Source: Marsupella aquatica
Lineage: Eukaryota > Plantae > Marchantiophyta
Assembly: GCA_973895155.1 (NCBI GenBank)
Contig: OZ316893.1
Location: 9,987,660 to 10,051,659 of the forward strand
Direction: 5' to 3'
DNA: 64,000 nucleotides
The position numbers and the translations under genes are program-made. Positions 21,561 to 35,669 of this stretch are shown here, in pieces. Within the stretch, counting starts at the first letter, position 1. Each line of letters opens with the position of its first letter. The notes under the pieces are model-generated. The model was not told the DNA's origin and did not search any database. It worked only from the letters and a program-made list of their open reading frames with translations.

Positions 21561-24500
21561 CTACTTGTGATACAATTGCAAAACCTGCAATACGTCACGG
21601 TGTCTACAGAAACTCTCCAAAGGAATCACTTTGGTAAATGCGTCAACCGGGTTGAGTTTACCATCAATCTTGACTAGCTCAAACAAATTATCAGACACAG
21701 CCTGCCTGATAAAATGGTACCTGACGTCAATGTGCTTCACTTTGCTGTCCATCACCTGGTTCACAGCAAGGTGGAGCGCACTTTGACTATCACAATGGAG
21801 CTTCACATTCCCCTATGGCAATCCCATTTCAGTGATAAGTCTATCCAACCAAATCGCTTCCTTTGCTGCTTCCGCAGCTGCAACATACTCCGCTTCTGTA
21901 GTAGACTGAGCAATACACTTCTGCAAAGTAGACCTCCAACTTATGCATCCACCGCCAAGTGTGAACACGTATCCTGTTGTTGATCTCCTTCGGTCCAAAT
22001 CTTGTCCATAGTCAGAATCAACATAGCCAATCAATGATTTAGCATTCTTTGCATTCGCATCAAATAAAAGACCATGATCCACGGTACCCTTCAAGTACCT
22101 GATAATTCACTTCACTACTTCCCAGTGTACCTTCCCTGGATTCGACATGTACCTGCTCACCTTGCCCATAGCCATGGCAAGATCAGGTCTAGTGCAAGTC
22201 ATCAAATACATGAGACTCCCCACTGCCTTGTCATATGGAACCTTTGACATCAACCCCTTCTCTGTGTCATCCGTAGGACACAACGCTGATGATAACTTGA
22301 AGTGTGGAGCCAACGGGGTACTTACTGGCTTGCTATTCCCCATGTTGAACCTTGCAATTACCTTGCTCGCATAACTGCTCTGCGTCAACCATAGCTTGCC
22401 AGCCTCCAAGTCCCTAGTGATCTCCATACCCAAAATCCTCTTAGCTGGCCCTAAGTCCTTCATCTTAAACTCTGCACTAAGCAGTGCCTTGAGCTTAAAA
22501 ATCTCAGACCTATCTTTGGCTGCAATTAGCATATCATCCACATAAAGTACTAAAACAATGAACCCAAAGACAACATTCTTTACCGGTTTCAAATACACAC
22601 AAGGGTCAAATACACTTCTGTGAAAACCTTGTGACCGAATCCAATCGTCAAACCGCTTGTTCCACTATCTTGGTGACTGCTACCCATACAAGGATTTCAG
22701 CACTCTGCAAACCAATTCCTCCTGTCCTCTCTTCACAAAACCTAGCGGTTGTCTCATGAAGATCACCTCTTCCAATGTGCCATAGAGGAAAGCTGTGACA
22801 ACATCCATCTGATCTAGCAACAGACCAAACATTACAACAAGTACACACAATAGTCGTATTGTAGAGTACTTAGCAACTGGTGAGAAGACCTCATTGTAAT
22901 CCACACCTTCTCTTGTGTGAATCCCTTTGCTACTAACCTAGCCTTGTAGACCTTCGATCCACCTCCTATGGAATTATCTTTCAGCTTGTAAATCCACTTG
23001 CTGTCCACCACTTGCTGACCCTTAGGCAGCTTAACAAGCTTCCAAGTTTGTTGTCCTTTAGTGACTGTATCTCCGTTTGCATTGCTGCAGTCCACTTCTG
23101 CTTCTCCTTTGAAGCACTTGCCTCATGAAATGAAGAAGGTTCCCCTTCTTCCAAAATTAACGCATCACCCTCATCATCAGCTGCAAAATCATCCTCTTGC
23201 AGTTGAGATGAATCAACCCACTGTCCATACCTTGGTGGAGCGCGTCCAGTGCGACCAGATGTTCTTCTAGCCGATGACTCCGGTTGATCTGCGTGTGCTG
23301 GTACAATTTGAAGCTCAACAGCATCCACTTGCTGCTCACCAGCATCAACAAACTCCTCTGGTTCCTCTAGCACAGGAACCAGCTCCATAATTGGAGCAAC
23401 TCCTTCTCTCCGGTCATGCACCTCATAACCAATCTCCCCCTCAACGAGATCCGGGATAGGAGATTTTCCTTTGTCAGTACGGGAGACCTGAGTATTCTCC
23501 CCCTCCAATAATCTGGATTCATTGAAGGAAACATCCCTACTGACAACGAGCTTACAGGCAATAGGATCCCATAGCCTATAGGCTTTCACACCACTCTGGT
23601 ACCCAAGAAAAACACATTTCTTGGAGGTAGGATCCAACTTGGTCCTATTCTGCTTCGGTGTGAGAGCATATGCATCACTTCCAAAAACTACCAAGCCATG
23701 ATAGTCTGCTTGCCGCTTATAGCGCATCTCAAACGGCGTTTTGAAATTAAGAGCACTAGAAGGAGAGAGATTTACCAAATAAGTTGCGGTATTGACAGCT
23801 TCTGCCCAAAATTCTTGTGGTAAACTTGATTGGCTCAACATACTCCGTGACCGCTCCAATAGTGTCCGATTGAGCCTCTCAGCGACACCATTTTGCTGCG
23901 GAGTATAAACTGTGGTGAGATGGCGAGTTATCCCCTGTTCTGAACAGTACTCTTCAAATTCCATTGAAGTGTACTCCCCACCGTTGTCTGACCTCAGACT
24001 CTTCACCCTTGTATCCAAACACTTGATCGTGTTTCCAGTCTGATTCTCCACCTGGGCCTTCCACTTCTTAAAAATGGACAAGACATCAGACTTATGCGTC
24101 ATAAAATAAATCCACACAAATCTTGAGTAATCATCAATAAATGATACATAGTACAACTTTCCAGAGTGTGAGGGAGTCGGGGATGGACCCCACACGTCAC
24201 TATGTATGTACTCAAGAACCGCTTTGGAACGATGAGTTCCAACACCAAAAGCACGACGATGCTGCTTTCCAAGAATGCAATGCTCACAAAACTCTAATTT
24301 AAAAGATTACAAATCAGAAATGAGTCCATTCTTCCGTAAGATAGCCAAACCCCTTATCACTCATGTGGCCTAGCCGTGAATGCCATAGTTGAGTCATCTC
24401 CTCGTGAGACTTGGTTACATTGGCCTCTCCACATACAGTATTGCCCTGTAACATATACAAATTCTTTTGTGTACTTCCCTTCAAAATCACTGTCTCTCCC

Positions 24501-25868
24501 GACCTGACTCGAAGTTCACCATCAATAACGCTCCATTGATGACCATTTGAGTCCAACACACCGAGTGAAATCAGATTCTTACGCATGCCAGGTACATACC
24601 TGACTCCGGACACTGTGCGCACAGCGCCATCAAACATTTGAATCTTCACAGACCCAATTCCCTCAATTTGACAGGAGTGATCATTTCCCATCAGAACTGA
24701 ACCGTTTGAAACAGAGTAAGAACTGAAAAAACTCACGAATGTAACAAATATGAAAAGAGCAAGCACAATCAAGAATCCACACATCATCTGCTCTCCTAGA
24801 TGACGTGCACAGGGCATACCCCCGGCTTCATAAAACATACTCATCATTGAGTAAATCAGCTTCATCATCAGCCCTAGCCACATTTGCCGATGAAGTTTCC
24901 GCTGCCTTTCCCTTACAATCTCGCTTGAAGTGTCCAACTTGGTTGCACTTCCAACATGTCACCTGCCTCCTCTGAGGGGATTTACCCTTGGACTTAGCTC
25001 TGGATTTAGATCTAAACTGGGTTCTACGGTCCCCAGTTGGTCGCTGCATACTCCTCCCACGGTTAACATTGAGGGTAGCACCAGATGATGAAGGCTGTGA
25101 CGTGATGTGCATCTTCTGCTGAAGATCATCACTAAGTAGAGAACTTACCACGTCATTGTATGAAATGGTATCCCTATCACGATGCAACAACACTCGTGAT
25201 AGGGACTGGTAAGATGGAGGCAATGAAGTAAGAAGCTGCAGAGCCTTCGTCTCATCATTCAAAGTCTCCCCAAGGTTTTCCAAGTCAACGACCATGTCGT
25301 TGAAAGCATCCACATGGTCTTGCAACTTCATACCGGATTCCTTCATCCTGAAACTCATCAGTTTGTAGGAAGTGTAGAGCCGGTTTGACAACTCCATGCG
25401 GTGATACTTGCTCTGCAATTCCGCAAACAAGGACATGCAATCCTTATGTGCACCCAACTGCTTGATGATGGGAGGCATGAGATACAGTGTAACACACCAC
25501 ACTCCCTGCTCCTGCATGCGGTCCCATTGTTTCTCATCAACATCGTCTTCACGAGGGCTCAACAGTTGGCCCATCCCTGACGCATAGAGCACTCCCTTCA
25601 CCTGCTTCTCCCATAGCAAGTAGTTAGAGTGCCCATCATACTTTGTCACTTCATACTTGGGTCCCCCAAGCTTGAAAGTCCCCATCTTTTTCTTTGGCAC
25701 TACCGTGAGCTCCGGTAGTAGTACTGCTTCCTCCACCACATGCCGCACCGGTGATGGTATCGGTGTCACGTGCTCTTCCTCCTGCTCCTCTCTCTGCCCC
25801 TGAAACCTCCGCGGTGATCCTTGTGCTTCAAGTTCCACGTCTTCAAAAAACTCCTCCGAATCACTCAT
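21561..25868 (-). pseudogene. copia gag-pol, frameshifted
   Basis: Zinc knuckle CWKCNQVGHFKRDC; LWHSRLGHMS; integrase LRSDNGGEY and TPQQNGVAER; RT YKARLVAKG and LYVDDMLI; RNase H GYVDSDY, STTEAEY and KHIDVRYHF. These are split over several ORFs. Confidence 0.95.
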
Positions 25869-27025
25869 ATGAGAAAATCACAAAAAATATTGTTTTTCAC
25901 AACTTCTCAAAAAACTCAAAACTCAACACCGCCGCGTAGCCCACAAAGCTAGGAGTCCAATACTGAAAACCGAAATCAAAGTCAAAATTTGACGGAAAAG
26001 TTATTCAAATTTCGGTCGAGGTGGGTAAAACCTTGGGAAACTCCTCCATTTTGACCACCTCAGGGAATAACCGAAATACCAAGTACAACCCGTTGTCAGA
26101 ATTGCGATATGATTGGTGCGCCGTGTTGCCAACTTCAATGGCTACGATCTCGCCGAAAAAGAACCAAAAAAGTTACCGTTCGGCGGACGAAATCTTTAAT
26201 TGTCGGACAATCAAAAAATAGCTCTCTGGTTTTTTGGAATATTCTATGACCCTTGTACAGGCCTTGTGGGAATTTTGGAAGAATAATCGAGGGGCTGACA
26301 TGTGTCCTCGAACCCCCAAAACCCCCTACCACCCTTCGTCGTCAAAATCTGGTCTCGCGCGCGGAAAATACACACGGCAAAATGTACCCCTTGACACCAA
26401 ACGCAAGATATCCCACTCGGGTTTTGACGAAATCAAGATCTGATTTCAGATTTGGAAACTAGACTCCGAGGCGGTGAAGATCGATAGAAGAAGCACCCAA
26501 AACGAGGAAAGAACGAGGGAGAAAAAAATTGGTAAAGATGACAAATTTCTCTCAATTGCCATAGCCAATTTCGAATCAGTTTTTCAAAGATAAAAAATGG
26601 TACCTTGTCAACAACGAATGTTGATCAATTGCACTTGGTGCCGTCACCAAGTCCAACAAGGTAATTGATTTTGCTTAACCTTCCTTTTTGCATCAAAGAA
26701 CCAATCCCGGACTCAAAACAATCGTCTTGCCTCAATCTCTCCGTTGAGTCAAAACACTTGATGCTTCTCCCTCCGAGTCGATTGCCAACTTTCTTCACAA
26801 AATCCAGAACGACGAAAAACTTAGATCTCTCTGCACTACGAGCTCTGTTCAGCGATTTCTTCACACGGTTAGAAAGCTCTTGCCCCGATCTATCCGTTGA
26901 GCCCATAAACTCCAAGTTCCATGCGACGGAACTCCGGGAAATCCACCGACACTCAACGCTGGAAAAACCGTCATGAAATCCCATCACGAACACACGTCAC
27001 CTCCCAAGCATGCTCTGATACCAAT

Positions 27026-27446
27026 TGTTGAGCATACACGACGATCGCAACAGCAAGCCCATGAACCATCCAACGCACAATAGTCGACACAAGAGATACG
27101 TGGTTCACCTCCTTGAGGCTACGTCCACGGGAACACACAATAGAGCTTTACTGAACTCTAAGCCCGTCGGCTATACCGAGTCTCCACAGTGTAAGCTCTC
27201 CTTATCTCTCAAGTGGCTCCATAACAATGAGCCTTGGTTCTACCTCTCCAAGCACACATGCCTCTTATGATATAGTGTGCAACTTAGTTGTACCTAACCA
27301 CATAGTTGTACCTAATCACGTAGTTGTACCTAACCACATAGTTGTACCTAATCACGTAGTTGTACCTAACCACGTAGTTGTACTAACCCACGTTGTTGTA
27401 CCAACCACGTCATACCTAACCTAGACGTAAGAGTAAATACCCAACA
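27026..27446 (-). repeat. 5' LTR of the copia element
   Basis: Direct repeat of 20950-21370, adjacent to the tRNA-iMet PBS. Confidence 0.95.
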
Positions 27447-30400
27447 TGAAGTGGCAAGTTGCCCGACACATAAACTTGGCATTTGTGAGACCAAAATGTC
27501 TATATTTGATTCATATTACATCTTATTTCCCGGCCCGGCCCAAACTTTTTCCGGCCTGGCCCAAACTCTTCCTGGCCTCGTCCTGGATGCTACCACCCTT
27601 CCCAGCAACCAGCCCGGCCCGGCCCCTCCCCTCCCCTCCCCGGACCTGGACCCGGCCTGCCCCTTCCCGGCCCCGGCCAAACAGCAGTCGGGTCCAGGTG
27701 AGGGGAGGGTCGACTCCAGGCTGGGGCCGGGTCCGGGTCCAGGTCGGCATTGAGGGAGGGGACCGGGGACCGGGGGATGTCTGAGCCGGGACCAGGGGCT
27801 GGGGGTTGTGGGAGCCGGGACCGGGAGCCGGGGGATGTCCGAGCCGGGACCACAGGCCGGGAGATGTGGGAGCCGGGACCGGGGGCCGGGGGATGTGCTC
27901 GGGCCGGGACCGGGGACCGGGGCCGGGATGGAGGAAACAAAAGGGAAATGAGACCGGGTGATGGGGCCGGGAGGTCATGGCCGGGCCTGGCCGAGACCGG
28001 GAGAGGCCGGGTGTCGACTTGCCGGTTAATAGCCTTGGAAGGGTCTATTTGCCGGGCAAGTCCAAACCGGGTACAGAACGCACTTTCAATACAAAATCAG
28101 AGGAGTATTTGCTGGCGAACAACTTTCGGGAACGCGACATTTTTTTTTTGCCTTGAAAACCGAAAGGAGACCCATCCAACATTTTTTTTTTGCCTTGAAA
28201 ACCGAAAGGAGACCCATCCAACAGAGGATAGACATCCTGCTTTGGAGCATGCATTTTAATGTAGAGCAGCCATGCATTTTAATGTAGGGCAACCACAAGG
28301 GAACGCGACATTTCACTGCAACGACAAGACCAAGCTGTCGAGCCTGCTGAGCACTGTCTTGGTCAAGGAGTCAAGCAGTGCCGTGGCGCTGTGACTTGTC
28401 CATAACAACGTGCCAGAAATACAGTAGATTGATGAGCTACCCGACTGATTGGAAGAAAATAGAGACACAATCATCCCCAAACCGACCACATTCGCGAACA
28501 TGCATGGAAAGAACATTCACTGACTCATTGCCTCTCCGTGGGTCTAGCATTAAGGGCAATCCTGCTGAAAAAGAGACACAAAAGCTACGGTTCTCGTGCG
28601 TGCGGAGAGCCGAGGAATGGAGGGGCCCAGCCGGTTTGAGCGGGCCCTCAAAGGATCTTTTGTATCCTGAGGTGGGACCCCAAGGGACAATAACAGAACT
28701 TGTGTCGAATTCTCCTCAATTCGAATGATAGACGCTTTTTGCTTCCCCCGAACAAGGAACACGGCATCTGTGGACGTGCTTCTTTCAATCGCCTGGACAT
28801 ACATGTGCTATTCGATTGAGCATGCACTGCGAAATTATTGGCTCAGGTGATTCGAGTTGAGAATCATTCTACTGCTTGCGGGCCGGCCAGTTGCCACGGA
28901 TGAATCTGACTGCTCATCCCACTGATGTTGACAAACTCATTCCGTTGCCTGTGTTGAGCTGAGGACGGACATTATCAAGGCAGGTGCACGGTGTGTCTAA
29001 GTCCTCCTCTATCAGGCGTACCTATCGATCGGTGGAAGACATTGGAGTGCAGAGCTCCGCTTCTCGCTGAGAAAATTGGTTGCTGCAAATTGTGCCTGAC
29101 TTGCTCCTGTGAGACCCTTGCTGGTTCGTGCTAGTCTAAGGACACAAACTGTGACGAAGTGAGGCGAGAATTGCATCCTGCTGCGAGTGGCGTTGTCTAA
29201 TAGGAGGTCTGCTTGTCTGGTAGCTTGATTGGATCGAGCTTGTTACCATAGGTGCCGGTTTCGTTACGTCGTTCATACTCAATTACGTGCCTGCGTTTTT
29301 CCCGGTCGTTGTGCTGCACGGCGATCCGTTTCATCACAGGCGAATTCAACCTGCCCGGAGTGGTCTTTCTGCATTCAAACTTCTTGGCAAGATTTCAATC
29401 ATTGAATTTCCCTTGCTGTCTCATTCTTTTAGTGCAGTCGATACGTCTTGAGGTACAACTCGGGATTGTGCCGATGGCTTTAGGTGTCTGGGCTCGGCTC
29501 TGCGTGCCATGTGCTACTATGGCTCGATCTCTCTCTCTAAACTGTAATCACCATTAGCTGTGGCAGCACATTGGAAATGGAATTTGGAATCAGAACTTTT
29601 AAGATGATTGTGCTCTGGCCTCAGCTCTGGCTACCGTCGTATTTAGTTCAGTCGCCTACCTTCCGTAGTGTTTGACTTGCGACTCTTTGTAATTGATTAT
29701 GATGAACTGTGGATTTCTTGTCAGATGACAAATTTGAGTTCCTCTGTCAGTCTTGTTTGACTGGTATGTGATTCTCGGAACTCTTCATCCGGAAGTAGCA
29801 TGAGACTTGGTCAGATTAATGACCCACTTTCGTTCGTCTCCTCTTTGAACATCTCTCTAAACTGACAATGTGGGGTATCTGAAATAGGAAAAAAAATTAG
29901 AGCCAGATTTGATGAATCACACGGCTTGTAATTGTATATGCTCATGACTTTGCGATGAGCTTGACTGGACCAACTGTAACATCACAGCAAAGTCAAGTTC
30001 ATTGCAAAGTCATTGGCTTATATGATTGCTCATCGTATGCGCACACTTCCACACTTACAAACACGAGTATACTTGTGTGCTAAAATATCAAATTACTACC
30101 AGGCCCCGTGACCAAAGGGGGTTTGGTCACATTAGGACCAATGAAAGGGGGTTTGGGCACATTAGGCTGAATTTAAAAGAGCAAGTATTAAATATATTTA
30201 ACTAAACATAAAAATAAAAACACAAGAATGAAATGAACACAAAAGACAAAGCATTAAATGTTCTCCTCATCTTATCATGATCTGGCCTGAATACAAATAC
30301 TGTACACAATGCATTAGATTTTGTTTTGGTCTCCTCAGAACAAGAGAAATTGTATTGCAGTGCATTGTATTGGTATGTATTGCACAACAAAAGTATCTTG

Positions 30401-31439
30401 GGGGACTTTTTTGGTCCCACATCACATAGGTGAACATAGTTCAACCAATAATACAATGTTCTGCCATTTTTTTAAAGTGTTAGTCTTTTGAATTTGAAGT
30501 GCCCAACAAATTAAAGAATCTGACCAAAGAGAATGAATAAACCAAAATAAAATTACATTTAGTGCAAAGGAAAGAATGACAAGTTTTCCAAGCAAGAAAT
30601 GAAGGGAACGGCCAATGCACTATTTAAATCAAGTACTTTCTGGACCATCTATGCATAGTACCATCCATGCAAAAGAACCATCCATGCATAGAAAATACTC
30701 CTCCCTCTACCATATATCCATGCCTAGACATTCATATCAAATACCCTCATGATCATCTATGTCATACTAGGAGTTTAATTGATTACAATTATTACATAAT
30801 GTAATAGAAAACATCAAACCAAAAAAGTAGTGAAAAAGAGGGAAAGGGAGGGTGCAGCGAGCCCAGGGTGTTTACGGTTTAAGGTTTAAACTACATTGGA
30901 ATTAATACTTGTCGAAGCTGACTCGAGTTTCAAGAGATCATTCCTGCATGTGGAAGTCTAAATACTCTCCTTGTTGTTAAATTCTGTGAATTTCTATGGA
31001 GCTCGTGTTCTGGACAGCTCAGGATACAAATTATCAATCATACAATTCTTGTACCAGGTGTAATTTGCTGTGACAGTGACTGGTGTTAAAAATACCAGCT
31101 TATTAAGCTATTTCTCAAAAACTTTGGATCAGCTCCGATCCACGGATCGGGACAAATGTGCTTCCTGCACACAAAGCCTGATCTTGGCTGCACCTGTCAC
31201 TTGCCCTGGCGCCCACTGCCTCAGATTGGCCCATACTCTGCTGCCCTCCCGGTTTGATGTGACGGGCAACTTGCCGAGTTGCCCGGCACGTAAACTCGGC
31301 ATTTGTCGGCCTGAAATGCTCTCATTTGACGCATATTCGCCATTATTCCCCGGCTCGACCCGAACTTCTCCCAGCCCGGCCCGAACTCCTCCCGGCCTCT
31401 TCCCGGACCCGGCCCGCCCGCGCCCCCCCCCCCCTACCT

Positions 31440-32035
31440 CTCGTCACCCGGCCCCGGCTTTACGCCCTGGCTTTACATCCCGGCCCGGCCTGGGTGGAGG
31501 AAGGCCCGGGTGGGGGGAGGGAGGAGGCCCGGCCCGGGAGGAGGAGGCCCAGCCCGGGTGGAGGGGGGCCCGCGTGGGGGGGGAGGAGGCTGGGTGGGGA
31601 GGAGGACGAGGCCCGGGTGGGGGGAGGGAGGAGGGCCTGCCCGGGTGGAGGGAGGCCCGGGTGGGGGGGGAAGGAGGCCCGGCCCCGGGTGGAGGGAGGC
31701 CCGGGTGGTGGGGAGGAGGAGGCCCGGGTGGGGGGAGGGAGGAGTGGGGGGGGAGGAAGCCCGGCCCGGGTGGAGGGAGGCCCGGGTGGGGGGGAGGAGG
31801 AGGCCCGGGTGGGGGGAGGGAACGAGGGAGGGAAGACACGGCCCGGGTGGAGGGAGGCCCGGGTGGGGGGGGAGGAGGCCCGGCCCGGGTGAAAAGAGGC
31901 CCGGGAGGAGGGTGGAGGGAGGCCCGGCCCGGGTGGAGGAAGGTCCGAGTGGAGGAGGGAGGGAGGCCCGGCCCGGGTGAAGGGAGGGGCGGGAGGAGGG
32001 AGGCCCGGCCTGGGTTAAGGAAAGATAAGCCCGGG
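31440..32035. repeat. G-rich subterminal array of the hAT element
   Basis: Many GGAGG(A)GGCCCGG(CCCGG)GTGGGGGG units. Confidence 0.85.
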
Positions 32036-32695
32036 TTTTAGAGTTGTGGATAAACTCGATTGGGATAAGCAATATCTGCTAATTTGGGGTTGTGTGGATT
32101 TCTCGCCTATCTAGTATTTCAACTCCGCTAAATATAGAATGTTTCTCCATTCTAAATTGTATAAATCTTTGAGTTTTTCTCATTAGACACACTTCACTAA
32201 AAGTAGAGCACTCTATGTAAAGAGATAGAGAAGACTTTTGTGCACGCATGCTTGGAGGTTTTACTCGGCATGTGGTAATCCGCATAATAATTTTCTTACT
32301 ATCCATCAACAATTAGTGGTACTTGTGGGTATTGTGAAATAAATTTCAACAATGTTGATATTCATGTACGCATGTTTGGAGCTAAAGCTTGACATGTGAT
32401 ATTTTACATGATTATCACTAATTGTCTCATATGTTTTCACTATATCGGCAAATGCTCATTAAATTATAAATATCACATACGTCGGATAGGAATGTTAACA
32501 ACCAGAAAACAAAAGAGAACCGCTGTGCACATATTTGGAGTTTGACTCGGCGTGTGATATTTCACAGTAGTTTTTTTTCTCGTTTTATTGTTGTTACTTC
32601 AAAAGACTAACAAATAATCATTCAATTTTTATTAAGAGACTATGTTTAGCGACGTATAAGAAGACACTTTGTGTGTAAAGTTCTTGTTTTCGATC

Positions 32696-35347
32696 ATGTC
32701 TTCCGAAGAAGATGAGTCGGGCAACTCATCAGCTCATTCTACTTCTGTTAGGCATGGTGGAAATCACAATCGAGATCGTAGTGCAAAATTTTCCCCAGTG
32801 TGGAAATATTTTGAACGATGTGATACACCATCAGCGTGTAATGATATTAATCGTATATATCAAAGATGCAAATTTTGCAAGAAATATACAACGCATCATG
32901 CAACACGAGCAAAAGCACATTTGATGGAAAACATACACAAAGGAGATGCGCCACCTTGCACAGGCTTGTATGGAGTTGTTGACTTAGATGACATCAATAG
33001 AATGTACAATGTCATAAAGGTTGACCCATCCATAAAGTACAAACGAAGTGATGGAAGTCATGTTCTGTTATCCATGAGAGGTCGTAGGTCATATAACCCA
33101 TCTTCCAATTCGCAAGCATCAACTCGAGACTCAAAATTTGTTGACCTCGATGAGGATGGAAATATGAGTCATCGAAGTAGAGCATCAAATTTTGCAAAAC
33201 CAATCATGGATGCTTATCAAATTCCAAATAGAGCTCATTTGGATAAGCTGTGGGCTAAAGCTTTTTATTCAAGTGGTATTCCGTTCAATGTGTCGGAGAA
33301 TCCTTTTCTTCTGTGAAGCAGTCACAGAAACCTCGAAAGGGATTGTAAATGGATATTCTCTTCCGGGTATGCAAAATTTGAGAATGAAATTATTGGAGGA
33401 GGCTAGCTCGTTGATCCTACAAAGGACATGACAAAAACAATGAAAGAGGCAAAACCTTTTGGATATTCCCTTTTATCCGATGGATGGGAAAATATCCGAA
33501 GGGAACCTTTGATGAATGTCATGTTGTTGACTTCAAAAGGAGATTTCCTTTTGGATAGTTGGAACGCTGCACAAGCCGACAAGATAGATGGGAAGTATCT
33601 TGGTGACATGTGGTTAAAATACATAGATGGCATTGGCGCCGATCACATCATATAAATTGTTACCGATGGGGCGCCTGCAAATCGTGTAGCAGGTGAAGAG
33701 ATAGTCATGAAAAAATATCCGCATGTGACATGGAGTTGGTGTGCTGCCCACGTTTTTAATTTATTGCTAGAAGACATGTGTGGCCACAAGAATGTAGTGC
33801 TAGATGAGCGGAAAAAAATTCCATTCAAAATGATTTTTAAGCACTTGAGATGGATAGTTAAAGCAGTTACATCATCATAAAAGTTATTTGCAATATTTGT
33901 GAGAAAATCTGGTTACAGGAAGTTGTTAAATCCAAATGCAACGAGATTTGCAACAAATTTTTTAATGGCGCAGAGAGCATTGGAGCTAAGAGGAGCTTTA
34001 TAACAAATGGTCATTGATGATAAGTGGCAATCCTATCGTGATGGCCTGCCAATTCGACCAAAGTCACAGGGGCATATGACGAGGGAAAAGGCAGACAAAC
34101 TTAAATCGTGGATACAGCAAGATACATTTTGGGCTCAAGTAAAATCTACAGTTGCTTTTTTCCTGCCGTTGGTGAAGATGTTGCAAGAATTCGATGGAGT
34201 TTCACCATAGTCTCCTTGGCTATATTGGAGCTTGAAAAAAGGAATAGCTAAACTGGAAGCGAGCATGGAGGGTTGTACATTAGTAACAGATTACTTAAAA
34301 CCAAAGATAATGAAAGTGTATATGGATCGACAAAAATCACTTACTACTGATTTCATGTTAGCAGCAGCATATCTGAATCCTCAATTTTTCTTTGATGAAG
34401 ATGAAGATGTGGCAGGAGATGCAGAACTGTATAGAGGCTTCAATGATTACGTTCGTAGATATGCAGAACACAAGGTGAAGGCAGGAATCAACCATGATCG
34501 AGATGTGACGACACTTATTTTTGACATCCAAATGCAGGCATTTGAGGCTCAAAAAAAAATGTCAAATTCATCGGTTGCAATTAGAGGAGCACAATCCAAT
34601 ATTAGAAAATTAAGTCTAGGAGAGTGGTGGCATTTGTATGGAGCTGATTACGCGGAGCTAAGATTAATGGCCAAAAGAATCACGCATCAACAAATGTGTG
34701 CATCTTCATGCGAATGAAATTGGAGTTCGTACGGCTTTATCCATTCAAAAAGCCGTAATAGGTTGACCAATGATCGGGCAAAAGACTTGGTTTTTGTATT
34801 CACAAATTCGAGGGTGCAAAAAGGGCTCACGAAGGTGAGAAACCCTCATACGTCTATGTATAGACGATATGATGAAAGAACAGCAACAAATGATGGCCCG
34901 AGGCCTACTTCCATAGAAGGATGTGACACTGAACAACATGGTGTTACATGTGCGACTCTTGGAGAGGATGACATGGAGGATTTTGATACAATTGATGACG
35001 CAGATGAGGCTTTGCAAGGATTATCATTACACAATGATAGTGACATGTTGACTCGTATTCCACCAGATACTGAAATAAGTGATGTCGGAGAATGGGAAGA
35101 TGAAATGGATTTAATGATGTTCCCTACAATCCATGAGTCTCAAATTCAGGATGACGATGACTACTCATTTGATGCAAACTTTGTAGTGCCTTCCGAACCA
35201 AACTCATCCTTCACATACCCAACATTGAATCTACAAAATGATGTCCAAGCAAGTACTTCGTACTTATTTCAACGACGAGGTGCTGCATCGAAGCTCTGTC
35301 CTGAGAGAACAACACCAACTTTGTTTGCGCAACCTGATGATGCATAG
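32696..35347 (+). pseudogene. hAT transposase (BED finger, DUF659, hAT dimerisation domain), decayed
   Basis: SPVWKYF..CKFC..HL; LLSDGWENIRREPLMN; VTDGAPAN; CAAHVFNLLLED; WWHLYG...SSCE*NWS. Multiple stops (e.g. CGA>TGA in CERNW) and a frameshift near 33310. Confidence 0.9.
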
Positions 35348-35669
35348 TGGGGACAACATGCTTCTCCAACACTAAATATATATGAAAGACAGAACATGAC
35401 AAATCCATACACATCAAGCATACATTCCCGTGTTGCGGCACTTCAAGAATATCATAGCGCAGATCCGGTCCAATAGATGACAAGACAATTTCAATTTGAT
35501 CGACAGTTGCAAGAAAATGAAAACAATAACACAAGGCACTTTTTGTCACAACCTTGACATCTGTTTAGGTATTACATGCTAGTACTATACGTCAAACTAT
35601 GATATACTATGCCGGATTGTGCAAGTCCTATGCAATAAAATATGTTATACTAAACATTGTGTGTGCGAT

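Larger units (their letters stand above)
20950..27446 (-). mobile_element. Full-length Ty1/copia LTR retrotransposon (6497 bp)
   Basis: 421-bp LTRs TG...CA at 20950-21370 and 27026-27446, 5-bp TSD TGAAG, PBS TGGTATCAGAGC (27023-27012), PPT AGGGGAAGAT next to the 3' LTR, and gag-PR-IN-RT-RH order. Confidence 0.97.
20938..28071. mobile_element. Non-autonomous hAT MITE (~630 bp net) split by the copia insertion
   Basis: TIR CCCGGTTTG (20938) / CAAACCGGG (ends 28071), near-perfect 8-bp TSD TAGAGAAC/TACAGAAC, and a CCGG-rich body at 27530-28060. Its left end is homologous to the hAT end at 31248. Confidence 0.8.
31248..35347 (+). mobile_element. hAT element with left TIR; right end not found
   Basis: It starts CCCGGTTTGA like the MITE at 20938, followed by a GC-rich CCCGGG subterminal array and a transposase pseudogene. 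Confidence 0.8.

Noticed and set aside
27446-28259. Pro/Gly/Arg-rich ORFs here and at 31070-32072
   Set aside because: Artefacts of GC-rich hAT subterminal repeats.
28300-31200. Possible host promoter/5' UTR or small MITE near 30100-30870
   Set aside because: No ORF, TIR pair or TSD could be established.
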